Assembly: GCA_963779495.1 (NCBI GenBank)
Contig: CAVZYM010000004.1
Location: forward strand, 492,298-556,297
DNA: 64,000 nt
Source of the DNA: an uncultured Pseudomonadota bacterium
GTDB lineage: Bacteria > Myxococcota_A > Polyangia > Fen-1088
Direction of reading: 5' to 3'
Below the pieces are notes generated by a model. That model had not been told where the DNA came from, made no database searches, and was given only the letters and a program-made list of their open reading frames with translations. Positions 1-9,662 of this stretch are shown piece by piece (position 1 is the first letter of the stretch; the number at the start of each line of letters is the position of its first letter). The translations under genes and the position numbers were made by a program.

Positions 1-1
1 C

Positions 2-376
2 GTCTCGCCGGCGACGGTCGGCGAGCGCCCCGGAGCGCTGGTGAGCGGCCCGGCCATCCTCCACCTCAACACGGGGGGACACGGACGGGTGTCCGTCTAC
101 CTCGCGGACGATTCCGGCGCGGCCGGTGACAGCTGTCCGACCGCGGCCGCGGAAGGCGCGACGACGATCCAGGTGCTCACCGACGTGACGCACGTGAGCG
201 ACGTGCCGATCCCGGGCGGCAAGCGCGCCTGCGCCGCGTTCGATTCCTCTTCCGAGATGAGCCTCAGCTGGCTGGCCGAGGTCTATCCCAAAGGAAACAG
301 GCCGGCGTCGGAGCAGCCGGCGATCGAGACCACGAGCCACGGGAGCCGCGGCGGGGTGATGCTGGCCCGGCGTTAG
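2..376 (+). CDS. hypothetical protein, 5'-partial (frame open from window edge)
   Basis: Frame of ORF 41..376 has no stop back to position 2; GC3-rich codon usage; no recognisable motif. Confidence 0.5.
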   Translation, partial: VSPATVGERPGALVSGPAILHLNTGGHGRVSVYLADDSGAAGDSCPTAAAEGATTIQVLTDVTHVSDVPIPGGKRACAAFDSSSEMSLSWLAEVYPKGNRPASEQPAIETTSHGSRGGVMLARR

Positions 377-457
377 CCGCTCCCGCGCGCAGCGCGGGGG
401 TGCGGCTATTTTTTGAAATGAACTCAGTTGGCCGGCGCGAAAACAAAGGAGGGAACC

Positions 458-1486
458 GTGGCAGGGCGGGAGCGGGCGGGCAGTCGGGTGGGGGCCGGGC
501 TGCCCGCCCGTATGGGGTCGAGGTTTTGCGACATCGAAGGCCTGGCCGAGGGAGGGATGGGGCGGGTCTACAGCGCTTTCGATAGAACGAAGCGCCAGCG
601 GGTCGCGCTCAAGGCGCCGCGCACGAACGCTCCCGTGGAGATCGCGAGCTTGAGGCAGGAGGCGGCCGTCCTGGCGCGGGTGCAGGGGCCCGGGGTCGTG
701 TCGCTGGTCGCGTCCGGCAGCGCGAAAGGCGTCCCCTGGCTGGCGACGCAGCTGCTGGAGGGGCGAACCCTGCGCGACGAGATCCGCGCGCTGTGGGGCG
801 CGACGCCCCGGAGCGACGGGGCGCGGTCCCGTCGCTCTCACGACGAGCTGCCGACGCTGGCGGGGCGCCCGGTCGCGGCGGGCGCCCCCAGCCGGGGACG
901 GCGCGGCCCCGGTTTGCGCCCGGCGGTGGCCGCGGGGCAGCTACGCCGCGTCGCCGCAATCATCGAAGAGCTGGCGATCGGCCTCGACCGGGTTCACGCG
1001 CTGGGGTTCGTCCACCGCGATCTCAAGCCCGAGAACGTCTTTCTTCCCGAGGGGGGCGCCGCGACGTTGCTCGACTTCGGGCTCGCCTGCGGGGCCGGCG
1101 AGGGGTCCGGTCCGTTCGGCGACGAGCTCTGCGTGGGGACGATGTCCTACGCGGCGCCGGAACAAATCCTCGGCGCTCCGGTCGACGCGCGCACCGACGT
1201 CTATGCGCTCGGGTGCGTCCTCTACGAGCTCCTGACGGGGCTGCGACCGTTCGACGGCGACTCGCCGCGCGAGGTCGCGCGGCGTCAGCTCCGGTGCGAG
1301 GTCACGCCGCCGTCCACGCTGGTCTCCGACTTTCCCTGGCAGCTCGAGGACCTGCTGGGGTCGATGCTGGCCAAGCGGCCGTCGGAGCGCCCGCCGACCG
1401 CGGGCGTGGCGGCCCGACGCCTGGCGGTCATCGTCCGGCGGTCAGGGGACGGAGGCGAGCAGGCTCAGGAAGCGCTCGGGGCTTAG
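458..1486 (+). CDS. Hanks-type Ser/Thr protein kinase (stand-alone catalytic domain)
   Basis: GxGGMGxVY loop, VALK, HRDLKPEN, DFG, APE, DVYALG; GGAGG RBS just before GTG at 458. Confidence 0.92.
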   Translation: MAGRERAGSRVGAGLPARMGSRFCDIEGLAEGGMGRVYSAFDRTKRQRVALKAPRTNAPVEIASLRQEAAVLARVQGPGVVSLVASGSAKGVPWLATQLLEGRTLRDEIRALWGATPRSDGARSRRSHDELPTLAGRPVAAGAPSRGRRGPGLRPAVAAGQLRRVAAIIEELAIGLDRVHALGFVHRDLKPENVFLPEGGAATLLDFGLACGAGEGSGPFGDELCVGTMSYAAPEQILGAPVDARTDVYALGCVLYELLTGLRPFDGDSPREVARRQLRCEVTPPSTLVSDFPWQLEDLLGSMLAKRPSERPPTAGVAARRLAVIVRRSGDGGEQAQEALGA

Positions 1487-2641
1487 CTCCTGGTCGGTGC
1501 GCGCGACGATGGCGCCCGCCGGTGAGACGATCCGGATCGCCGGCAGCGTGTCGGTCTCGTACTTGCGTTTGATCGCCGCGAGCGCGTCGTCTTCCTCCGA
1601 CAGGTCGACGCGCAGGAGCGTGAAGCGGCTCATCTCGGTGGCGACGTCGGGACGCGAGAAGACGTGTAGCTCCATCTCCTTGCAGGGCAGGCACCAGCTG
1701 GCGGCGAAGTCGATCAGCAGCGGGCGGCCGTCGGCGCGGGCCTGGGCGACCGCCGCCGGCTCGTCGGTCAACCAGGCCAGGTGGACGTCCCCCTTCGGCG
1801 TGAGGATGTAGTTGCTGGCGCCGAAGATCCCGATGGTCATCAGCGCGACCCCGAGCCCCTTGCGGGCCCGTTCCAGCGTGCCGCCGTGGAAGCTCTTGTG
1901 GATAGCGCCGAGGGCGATGCCGGCCAGCACCAGCGCCGCCATCGCCAGCGCGAAGCCGGGCTTGCCCGACGCGAACCTGGTCAGCCCCGGGACTACGTTC
2001 TTCAGATAGTAGAGGGCAGCCGCGAACAGCGCGACGCCGAACAGGCTCTTGATCCACTCCATCCAGGCGCCCGGCTTGGGGAGCGACATCGAGAAGCCGG
2101 CCAGCAGCCAGAAGGGGAGGCCGACGCCGGCGCCGTAGGTCGCCAGCAGCGCGAACCCCCAGGGGGCGTTGCGCGTCGTCGCGACGTAGGCGAGCAGAGA
2201 GGCGAGAGGCGGTCCCGTGCAGGGGGCGGCGATGATCCCGCCGACGAGGCCCATCAGGAAGGCGCCGCCGAAGCCGCGGCCGCCGACGCGGGCGAGGCGC
2301 TGCTGCAGCCCGGTCGGCAGCGCGACCTCGAACGCGCCGAACATCGACAGCCCCATCGCCACGAAGAACAGTGCCAGCGGCACGATCACCCACGGGTTCG
2401 CCAGGAACGTCCCGAAGGCCTTGCCGAGCAGGCCGAAGCTGGTGCCGAGGGCGCCGAACATGGCGGCGATACCGGCGACGTAGGCGCCGCCCAGGAGCAG
2501 CGCGCGCCCGCGCGTGATCCCGGCCTTCGCCCCGAAGATGCTGACGGTGATCGGAATCATCGGGTAAACGCAGGGCGTGAGCGCGGTCAGGAACCCATAC
2601 GTCAGCGCGAACAGGAGGCTCGGGTGCGTGCTGCCGTTCAT
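1442..2641 (-). CDS. DsbD/CcdA-type thiol:disulfide interchange membrane protein with C-terminal thioredoxin
   Basis: LTPCVYPMIPI and AAPCTGP transmembrane Cys motifs; DFAASWCLPCK thioredoxin motif; start MNGSTHP at 2641. Confidence 0.9.
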   Translation of the reverse strand: MNGSTHPSLLFALTYGFLTALTPCVYPMIPITVSIFGAKAGITRGRALLLGGAYVAGIAAMFGALGTSFGLLGKAFGTFLANPWVIVPLALFFVAMGLSMFGAFEVALPTGLQQRLARVGGRGFGGAFLMGLVGGIIAAPCTGPPLASLLAYVATTRNAPWGFALLATYGAGVGLPFWLLAGFSMSLPKPGAWMEWIKSLFGVALFAAALYYLKNVVPGLTRFASGKPGFALAMAALVLAGIALGAIHKSFHGGTLERARKGLGVALMTIGIFGASNYILTPKGDVHLAWLTDEPAAVAQARADGRPLLIDFAASWCLPCKEMELHVFSRPDVATEMSRFTLLRVDLSEEDDALAAIKRKYETDTLPAIRIVSPAGAIVARTDQELSPERFLSLLASVP

Positions 2642-2653
2642 CGAGGTTCTTCG

Positions 2654-2661
2654 ATTATAGT
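2654..2661. promoter_or_regulatory. overlapping bidirectional -10 elements (TATAAT on minus, TATAGT on plus) in the 27-bp dsbD/pheA divergent gap
   Basis: ATTATAGT is the only AT-rich stretch between ATGs at 2641(-) and 2669(+). Confidence 0.5.
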
Positions 2662-2668
2662 CTGGCCG

Positions 2669-3772
2669 ATGCCAGCGCCCACCTCGCAGGATTCGGAGCT
2701 TGCGACGCTGCGTGGGGAGATCGACGGCATCGACGACCAGATCCTCACCCTGCTCGACCGGCGGGCCGTGGTGGTGCAGCAGGTCGGCCGGCACAAGCGC
2801 GAGCGGCAGGAGACCACCTTCCACGTCCCGCACCGCGAGCGGGCCGTGCTGGAGCGGCTGACGGCGGCGGCCAACGGCGCCTTCCCGCGCGCCGCCGTGC
2901 GGCCGGTGTTCCGCGAGATCATGTCGGCCTGCCTGTCGCTCGAGAGCCCGCTGTCGGTCGCGTATCCCGGACCCGAGGCGACGTTCAGCCACATGGCCGG
3001 CAAGACCCGTTTCGGGCTGTCGGCGCGCTATGTCCCGGCGGCCAGCCTCGGGGAGGTGTTCCGCGAAGTGGGGCGGGGGGCCGATTACGGCGTCGTCCCC
3101 GTCGAGGAGGCAGCCGAAGGGCTGGTCACCCACGCGCTCGACCACTTTCTCGACTCGGACCTGCTGATCGTCGGCGAGATCGTCATCGAGGCCGCGCACG
3201 CGCTGCTCACCCACAGCGGGACGACGGCCGGGATCGAGCGGGTGTTCGCGCACCCGGTGGCGGCTGCCCGCTGCGCGGCGGGGCTGGTCGAGGCGGTCGG
3301 GGGGGCGGCGGTGCTCCCCGCGCCGTCGGCGGCGGCCGCGGCGGCGATGGCCCGCGACGACGTCCACGGCGCGGCGCTGGCCCCGGCGCTCGCCGCCGAG
3401 CTGTTCGATCTCGTGGTGGCGAAGCCGCGCCTCGACGACGGGCCGGCCGACAGCGCCCGCTTTCTGATCCTCGGCCGCACCCCCGCGCCGCCGAGCGGCG
3501 CCGACGCCACCAGCCTGCTGCTGGGACTCGACGACAGGCCCGGGCGGCTCGCCGACGTGCTGAATCAGCTCGGCACCGCGGGCCTGAACCTGCGCCGGAT
3601 CGCTTCTCGTCCGAGTGACCGCCGGGGGCTACGCGACCTGTTTTTCGTTGACCTCGACGGCCACCGCGACGATCCGCGGTGTGCGGCGGCGTTGGCGCGG
3701 CTGGGCGGCGAGCTGCCGCTGTTCAAGGTGCTGGGCTCGTATCCGCGCGACGCCGCAAAAGGAACGACATGA
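2669..3772 (+). CDS. pheA: chorismate mutase/prephenate dehydratase/ACT P-protein (dehydratase motifs degenerate)
   Basis: AroQ domain LRGEIDGIDDQILTLLDRRA...VPHRE...FREIMSAC; YPGPEATFSH; C-terminal ACT ending KVLGSYP; ATGA overlap with tyrA. Confidence 0.88.
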   Translation: MPAPTSQDSELATLRGEIDGIDDQILTLLDRRAVVVQQVGRHKRERQETTFHVPHRERAVLERLTAAANGAFPRAAVRPVFREIMSACLSLESPLSVAYPGPEATFSHMAGKTRFGLSARYVPAASLGEVFREVGRGADYGVVPVEEAAEGLVTHALDHFLDSDLLIVGEIVIEAAHALLTHSGTTAGIERVFAHPVAAARCAAGLVEAVGGAAVLPAPSAAAAAAMARDDVHGAALAPALAAELFDLVVAKPRLDDGPADSARFLILGRTPAPPSGADATSLLLGLDDRPGRLADVLNQLGTAGLNLRRIASRPSDRRGLRDLFFVDLDGHRDDPRCAAALARLGGELPLFKVLGSYPRDAAKGTT

Positions 3773-4659
3773 GTGTGCAACGAAGGTGGACCGGCGCGCC
3801 CCTGGGGCGGATGGCGGTGATCGGGGCGGGGCAGATCGGCGGGTCGGTCGCGCTGGGTGCGCGGGTCGCGGGCGCGATCAGCGAGGTCGTGGCCTGGAGC
3901 CGCACCAAGGAGAAGCTCGACCGGGCCCAGGCGCTGGGGATCATCGATCGCGCGGCGCCGTCGGCCGCCGAGGCCGCGCGCGGCGCCTCCCTGGTGGTGC
4001 TGGCCACGCCGGTGCGCAGCCTGGGCGGGGCCGCGGCCGAGATCGCGCAGGTGCTGGAGCCGGGGGCCCTGGTGATCGACGTCGGCAGCGTGAAGGCGGC
4101 GGCGATCGCGGCCGTCGAGCCCAAGCTGCCGCCGGGGTCCTTCGTCGCCTGCCACCCGATCGCGGGGACCGAGCGGGTCGGGCCCGACGCGGCCAGCCCC
4201 CTGCTGTTCGAGGGGAAGCGCTGCGTGATCTGTCCGACACCGCGCAGCCGCGAGGAGGCGGTGGTGACCATCGAACGGCTCTGGACCGCGATGGGGGCCG
4301 ATCCGGTGCGCATGGACGCCGACCTGCACGACCGGGTGCTCGGGGCGGGGAGCCATCTGCCCCACATCGCCGCCTACACGCTGGCCGCGACGCTCGGCGA
4401 GCTTCAGCCCGAGGTGCTCGAGGGGCTGCGCCGGCTGCCGACCACCAGCCTGCGCGACACCACCCGCGTCGCCGCCTCGAACCCGGCGATGTGGCGCGAC
4501 ATCTTCATCGACAACCGCGCCGAGGTCCTCCCGCTGATCGAGATGCTGGCCCGCAACGTCGAGGCGCTGCGGGCCGCGATCGCGGCCGGCGACGCGGCCC
4601 GGATCGAGGCGCTGCTCGGGGCGGGGAAGATGGGGCGCGATCGCCTGGTGCCCGGATAG
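3769..4659 (+). CDS. tyrA: prephenate/arogenate dehydrogenase
   Basis: GAGQIGGS Rossmann motif, DVGSVK, HPIAGTE, HD..SHLPH, RDTTRVAASNPAMWRDIF. Confidence 0.93.
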   Translation: MSVQRRWTGAPLGRMAVIGAGQIGGSVALGARVAGAISEVVAWSRTKEKLDRAQALGIIDRAAPSAAEAARGASLVVLATPVRSLGGAAAEIAQVLEPGALVIDVGSVKAAAIAAVEPKLPPGSFVACHPIAGTERVGPDAASPLLFEGKRCVICPTPRSREEAVVTIERLWTAMGADPVRMDADLHDRVLGAGSHLPHIAAYTLAATLGELQPEVLEGLRRLPTTSLRDTTRVAASNPAMWRDIFIDNRAEVLPLIEMLARNVEALRAAIAAGDAARIEALLGAGKMGRDRLVPG

Positions 4660-4670
4660 CCAGCGCGGCG

Positions 4671-5675
4671 ATGCGGTCCGGATTGTTTGCGCGGCTGTAC
4701 CTGCTGCTTGGCGTCCTGCCTGCCGTCTTGCCTGCCGTAGTGGGGGCGGCCGCGCTCGGCTGCGGTGAGACGGCGGCGATCGGCGGCGCCGGGCCGGCGA
4801 CCGGACCCCGGGCAGGGGCCGACGACGCCGATCTCTGGAACCTGGTTCCGGTGGACGCCGACGCGATCGCCGACGTCGATCTGGCGGCTCTGCGCGCCTC
4901 CCCCTGGACCAGCGCGCTGCTGACCGGGGGCTTCGCCGGCGATCGGGAGGAGCGGATCGCACAGTTCGGCTACGACGTCTTCGCCGACGCCGATCGCATG
5001 GTGGTCGCCGGCGGCGAGACCGCCGGGGCGAGCCGGATGCTGACCGTGGCGCGCGGTCGCTTCGACCCCGACCGGATCGGCGCCGCCTTCGCCGGCGTCA
5101 CGCGCGGCAGCTGGCGCGACAGTCCGATCTGGCAGGCGGGGACCCGCGCGGTGGCGCTGGTGACGCCGCGGACCGTCGCACAGGGGGGGCCCGACGACGT
5201 GCGCGCCGCGATCGATGCCGCGTGGGGCATCGTCCCCGACGCGCGCGGCGGCCGGCTGGCCGACCTGCGGCGGCAGCTTCAGGCCGACCGCAACGTGCCG
5301 GCCGCCTTCGTCGCCGCGGCGATCTCCGACAGCGTCCGCGCGCGGGCGGTGGACGTCCTGGAGCTTCCGGCCGGCCTGCAGCGGGCGGCGGCCCGCCTCG
5401 ACGTCGGCGCGGATCTCGACGCCGAGGCGGTGGCGCTGATGACCACCGCACGCGGCGCCTCCGAGACCGCCACGCTCTGGGCATCGCTGGTCCGCTCGTA
5501 CGCGCGGCAGCCCATGGTCGCGCTGCTGGGGCTTACCCCGGTGCTTCAGGGGACGCAGATCGCGGCGGCGGGGAATCGGGTCGAGGCTCGCCTGCACATT
5601 CCGGCCGAGCGGCGGGAACAGCTGGCCGAGAAGCTCCTGGCGCTTCTGAAGATGCTCGCGGCCGCGCGGCGGTAG
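4671..5675 (+). CDS. hypothetical lipoprotein
   Basis: Hydrophobic N-terminus ending ALGC lipobox; lies between tyrA and aroA. Confidence 0.65.
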   Translation: MRSGLFARLYLLLGVLPAVLPAVVGAAALGCGETAAIGGAGPATGPRAGADDADLWNLVPVDADAIADVDLAALRASPWTSALLTGGFAGDREERIAQFGYDVFADADRMVVAGGETAGASRMLTVARGRFDPDRIGAAFAGVTRGSWRDSPIWQAGTRAVALVTPRTVAQGGPDDVRAAIDAAWGIVPDARGGRLADLRRQLQADRNVPAAFVAAAISDSVRARAVDVLELPAGLQRAAARLDVGADLDAEAVALMTTARGASETATLWASLVRSYARQPMVALLGLTPVLQGTQIAAAGNRVEARLHIPAERREQLAEKLLALLKMLAAARR

Positions 5676-5701
5676 TCGCCGATGTGGTAGTCAAAGCAGC
5701 G

Positions 5702-7045
5702 ATGCCGCCGTCACCATCGTCGTCGCTGCTGCGGGTCCGCCGGTCGGGGCCGCTCACCGGGACCTGCCGGGTTCCGGGAGACAAGTCGATCTCGCACCGC
5801 GCGCTGCTGTTCGGCGCGCTCGCCGACGGGCCGGTCGAGGCGACCGGGCTCGGGCGTGGCGGCGACAACCTGTCGACGGCGGCGGCGCTGCGGGCGCTCG
5901 GAGTCGACGTCGCGATCGAGGGGAGCGACGCCCGCATTCACGGCGTCGGGTTCGCGGGGTTGCGGGCGGCGGCCGAGACGCTCGACTGCGGCAATTCGGG
6001 GACGACGATCCGCCTCCTCATGGGGCTCCTCGCCGGGCGCCCGTTCACCACCACGATGGCGGGGGACGCGTCGCTCTCCCGCCGGCCGATGAAGCGGGTC
6101 GCCGAGCCGCTGCGCAAGATGGGGGCGGCGATCGAGGGGCGCAGCGAGCCGGCCAAGCCCGGCGACATTTTCCCCCCGCTGCGCATCACCGGCGGCTCGC
6201 TCAGCGGCATTCGCTACGACCTGCCGGTCGCCAGCGCCCAGCTCAAGAGCGCGCTGGTGCTGGCGGGGCTGCAGGCGAAGGGGCGGACGGAGCTGCGCGA
6301 GCCGGCCCGGTCGCGGGACCACACCGAGCGGATGCTGCGGTTTCTGGGGGCGCCGATCGCCACCGCCGCCGACGGCGCGATCATCGTCGACCCGACGGGC
6401 TGGAACGGGCGCCTGCGGGCGGTGCCGATCACCATTCCGGGCGACCTCTCGTCGGCGACCTTCATGATCGTCGCGGCGCTGACCGTTCCGGGCAGTGACG
6501 TGACGGTCGAGAACGTCGGTCTCAACCCGACCCGCGCGGGGGCGCTGGACGTCCTGCGCGCGATGGGCGGGGAGCTGGAGATCGAGCCGACAGGCGACGC
6601 CATGGGCGAGCCGGTCGGGCGGGTGCGGGCGCGCGGGAGCCGCCTGCGCGGCACGCGCGTCGACGGCGAGCTGGCCTTGCGCGCGATCGACGAGATCCCG
6701 GCGCTGGCCGTGGCCGCGGCCTGCGCCGCGGGGGAGACGCTGTTCGCCGATCTCGCCGAGCTGCGGATCAAGGAGTCCGATCGCATCGCCGCGCTGGCGC
6801 GCGAGCTGGGCCGGGCGGGTGTCACCGCCGCCGAGCGGCCCGACGGCCTGGTCGTCACCGGCCTCGCTGGCCGGCCCGCCCGGGGCGGCACGGTGACCCC
6901 CGAGCACGACCACCGGATCGCGATGGCGGGCGCGATCCTGGGCCTGTCATCGGACGACGAGACGACGATCCCCGCTGCCGACATCGGCACGTCGTTCCCG
7001 ACCTTCGCCGAGACGCTGGCCGCGCTCGGCGCGCCGGTTTCCTAG
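5702..7045 (+). CDS. aroA: 3-phosphoshikimate 1-carboxyvinyltransferase (EPSP synthase)
   Basis: PGDKSISHR, LDCGNSGTT, SAQLKS, SRDHTERML, ELRIKESDRI, DHRIAM. Confidence 0.97.
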   Translation: MPPSPSSSLLRVRRSGPLTGTCRVPGDKSISHRALLFGALADGPVEATGLGRGGDNLSTAAALRALGVDVAIEGSDARIHGVGFAGLRAAAETLDCGNSGTTIRLLMGLLAGRPFTTTMAGDASLSRRPMKRVAEPLRKMGAAIEGRSEPAKPGDIFPPLRITGGSLSGIRYDLPVASAQLKSALVLAGLQAKGRTELREPARSRDHTERMLRFLGAPIATAADGAIIVDPTGWNGRLRAVPITIPGDLSSATFMIVAALTVPGSDVTVENVGLNPTRAGALDVLRAMGGELEIEPTGDAMGEPVGRVRARGSRLRGTRVDGELALRAIDEIPALAVAAACAAGETLFADLAELRIKESDRIAALARELGRAGVTAAERPDGLVVTGLAGRPARGGTVTPEHDHRIAMAGAILGLSSDDETTIPAADIGTSFPTFAETLAALGAPVS

Positions 7046-7434
7046 CTGCCGGCGTCGGGGTCGACGCCGGTGCAGACGTTCTGCTTGGCGCAGACGCCGA
7101 GGGTGTTGAGGAAATCGCCGATGTTCCGGCAGTCGGTGCTGGCGATGCGGTTCAGGCAGACGTGGTACGCGTCCTCGTCGATCCGCCCCTCGCAGTCGGT
7201 CGCCGGCCAGGCCGACTCCCAGAACGACGTCCAAAAGATGTCGCACGACTCCCGGGTCTCGTAGTTGAGGCCGGGGCCGATGTAACCGCACCGCTGGTAG
7301 CGATCGCAGGTGGCGGTCGCCGTCGTGTCGCGGGCCTGCGCCCGCGACGCTTTGACACCGCCGCAGCCGCGCGCTCCGACGAGGACCGCGGTTGTCATCA
7401 GGGCCAACATCACGATTCGTGTCGTCGCCGTCAT
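7042..7434 (-). CDS. small Cys-rich lipoprotein (resembles myxobacterial DUF6184 family)
   Basis: Signal peptide with ARGC; 8 Cys in total, including CDRYQRC...C...C...CL..I...C...C..VC; GGAGG RBS. Confidence 0.7.
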   Translation of the reverse strand: MTATTRIVMLALMTTAVLVGARGCGGVKASRAQARDTTATATCDRYQRCGYIGPGLNYETRESCDIFWTSFWESAWPATDCEGRIDEDAYHVCLNRIASTDCRNIGDFLNTLGVCAKQNVCTGVDPDAGS

Positions 7435-7451
7435 GACCGGCCTCCTTTCGG

Positions 7452-8231
7452 TTACCAGCGCATCGCCAGGGCCACGCCCGTGACCGGGTCGCCGCCCCGG
7501 CTGCGGATGATGGTCACGTAGGCCCCCGCGAGCGTCAGCGCGGCGCCCGCGCCGATCAGCACGCCGCCGGTGACGTTGCGGGTCCGGTTCTCATCGCAGC
7601 CGGTGGCGGTGCAGTCGCCGTTCGCGGCCAGCACCGCGAAGCCGACACCGACCGCGACCGCGCCGACCATCGCGAGCACCGCCGGGCCAAGCAGCCGGGG
7701 TGGGGGCGGGGGCGGGGGCGGCGTGACCGGCTGTGGCACCGGTGTCATCTCTTCGATGCGGACCCGCAGGGCGTCCGCCAGACGCAGCATGATGGCGCGC
7801 GCCTCGGCCACCGTGCAGACGTCGCAGCTCTTGGACTCGGTCGCGATCGGCAGCGCGGCCGGCGTCGGACCCTCGGTCGAGAACAGCCGCCCGACGCTCT
7901 TGTAGCTGTTGCCCGCCACGTCGGTCTTGACCCGCACGATGTAACCGACGTCCAGCAGGTGGCCGATCGCCTTCAGGCAGGGGGAGGCGTCGCAGTGCTG
8001 AAGCTCGGGGTGCCCCTCGAGCTTCTTCGCCGTGTCGGTCGGATCCAGGACCTGCAGCCCCCCGCGCACCAGCCCCAGCACGAAGCCGTCCTGCAGCTGG
8101 ATGCCGAGCGCCGGCGGCGGCGCCCCCTCGAGCTGGAACTCGGAGATCGCGACCCGCGCGCGTGCCGCCGCCGGGGCCGCGCCGACGATCAGCACCAGTA
8201 CCCCCCACATCGCGGCGATGGCAAGGCGCAT
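7452..8231 (-). CDS. hypothetical exported protein with Pro-rich linker and C-terminal hydrophobic segments
   Basis: Signal peptide, Cys pairs, poly-Pro linker; typical myxobacterial envelope architecture. Confidence 0.7.
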   Translation of the reverse strand: MRLAIAAMWGVLVLIVGAAPAAARARVAISEFQLEGAPPPALGIQLQDGFVLGLVRGGLQVLDPTDTAKKLEGHPELQHCDASPCLKAIGHLLDVGYIVRVKTDVAGNSYKSVGRLFSTEGPTPAALPIATESKSCDVCTVAEARAIMLRLADALRVRIEEMTPVPQPVTPPPPPPPPRLLGPAVLAMVGAVAVGVGFAVLAANGDCTATGCDENRTRNVTGGVLIGAGAALTLAGAYVTIIRSRGGDPVTGVALAMRW

Positions 8232-8258
8232 CCGGTCCCTATGTTACAGGCAACCGCG

Positions 8259-9662
8259 TCATTGGCACAGGCTGGTGTCGCAGGTCGGGGCCAGGCCGTG
8301 GGAGGGGAGGCCGAAGCAGACGTGCCGGGCGTCGTGATCGGGGAGCCGGGGGCAGCGGGCCGCCGCCCGGCAGTCCGTCCCGGGTGGGTCGGTCTCGCAC
8401 GAGAAGATCGCGCGGTGCTGCGCGCTGACGTAGTCGAGCTCGACGCGGGCGCGGCCGAACACCCCCGCGCCGATCAACCCGTCGACCTCGGGCCCTTCGG
8501 GGCGGACGTCGAACCGGATCGCCTGCAGGAAGGCCGCGTCGTTGGCGATCACGGCGACGGGGATATCCCCGGTCAGCTCCAGATACGCGGCGCTGTTCTG
8601 GGCTTTGTCGGGCTGCCGGGTGTCGGTGTCGCAGGGCTGCACACAGGTGTTGAGCTCCGGCGCCGTGATCGTTCGGTGCGACACCTGCTCGATGCGGCGG
8701 GCGCGCGCCAGCTCGACGCAGGCCCCGGGATCGTTGTCGGTCCCGAGCTCGAGGTCGACGAGCGCCAGCCGCGGCACCGTCGTCCAGCGCGCGTCCATCG
8801 GCGTGGGCCAGGTCGCGATCCAGAGCGACTTTTCGTGAAGAACGGGCTCGGTCAGCGTCTGCCCCGAGGCGGTCGCCGCGGTAACGATCCGGGCCCAGGC
8901 CCGCTCGTCGATGATCGTCGGCCCGACACCGGTGGCCATGAGCAGGGCCAGGTTCGCTCCTGTCGCCTGGGTGTTGGCGTCGTTGCGCTGGCAGCAGGCG
9001 ACGATCTCGTCTTGCGGGGCGAACGGCTTGGGGACGACGCAGCTCCGCAGCAGGATCCGCGTCGCGGGGAGCGAGAGCGGCCCCCGCGTCCCGAGGAAGT
9101 CGCTGTCCCCCTGGGCGGTCACCTCGCCCCCGCCGAAGAGGGAGAAGCGCAACACGGCGTAGCCCGCGTCCTGGAGGAACCCGACCTCCGCGTTCTGGTG
9201 GCGCCAGAAGGTCACCGAGGACTCGCCGAAGCGCAGCTCGACCGAGAACCCGCGCAGAATGTCGCCGCCGAAAAGCGCCAACGGGATGACGCTGCCGTCC
9301 CCCACGGGATGCAGCGGCAGCTGGAGCAGATCGTAGTGAAGGAAGCGGGCCCGCACGGCGTCGCCGTTGCCGCTCGGCTCGACGAGGTCGAAGTCGCCTT
9401 TGAACGTGTTCAGGTTGGGGGGCACGTCCCCCCCGAGCAGGGTGATCGGCGTCCCGGTGTCGAGCAGCATGGGGATGGCCGCGCCTGACCCCGGCAGCCG
9501 CGCGTTCACGATCAGGGCTCCGTTGCCGCCGGTTCCGCTGGGGACGCCCAAGGGGGCGCGCCCGAGGGCGATCGGCAACGAATCGATCAACGCGCTACCG
9601 CCGCTGTCGCACCCGTAGAGTGGCGCGGCGGCGCCGAGCAGCACCGCCAGCGCGACTCTCAT
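8259..9662 (-). CDS. Cys-rich lipoprotein with tandem retropepsin-like aspartyl protease motifs
   Basis: LYGC lipobox; LLDTGTPIT...FGGDIL, then a second lobe LMATGVGPTII...DGLIG; ATGA overlap with the mlaC-like gene. Confidence 0.65.
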   Translation of the reverse strand: MRVALAVLLGAAAPLYGCDSGGSALIDSLPIALGRAPLGVPSGTGGNGALIVNARLPGSGAAIPMLLDTGTPITLLGGDVPPNLNTFKGDFDLVEPSGNGDAVRARFLHYDLLQLPLHPVGDGSVIPLALFGGDILRGFSVELRFGESSVTFWRHQNAEVGFLQDAGYAVLRFSLFGGGEVTAQGDSDFLGTRGPLSLPATRILLRSCVVPKPFAPQDEIVACCQRNDANTQATGANLALLMATGVGPTIIDERAWARIVTAATASGQTLTEPVLHEKSLWIATWPTPMDARWTTVPRLALVDLELGTDNDPGACVELARARRIEQVSHRTITAPELNTCVQPCDTDTRQPDKAQNSAAYLELTGDIPVAVIANDAAFLQAIRFDVRPEGPEVDGLIGAGVFGRARVELDYVSAQHRAIFSCETDPPGTDCRAAARCPRLPDHDARHVCFGLPSHGLAPTCDTSLCQ

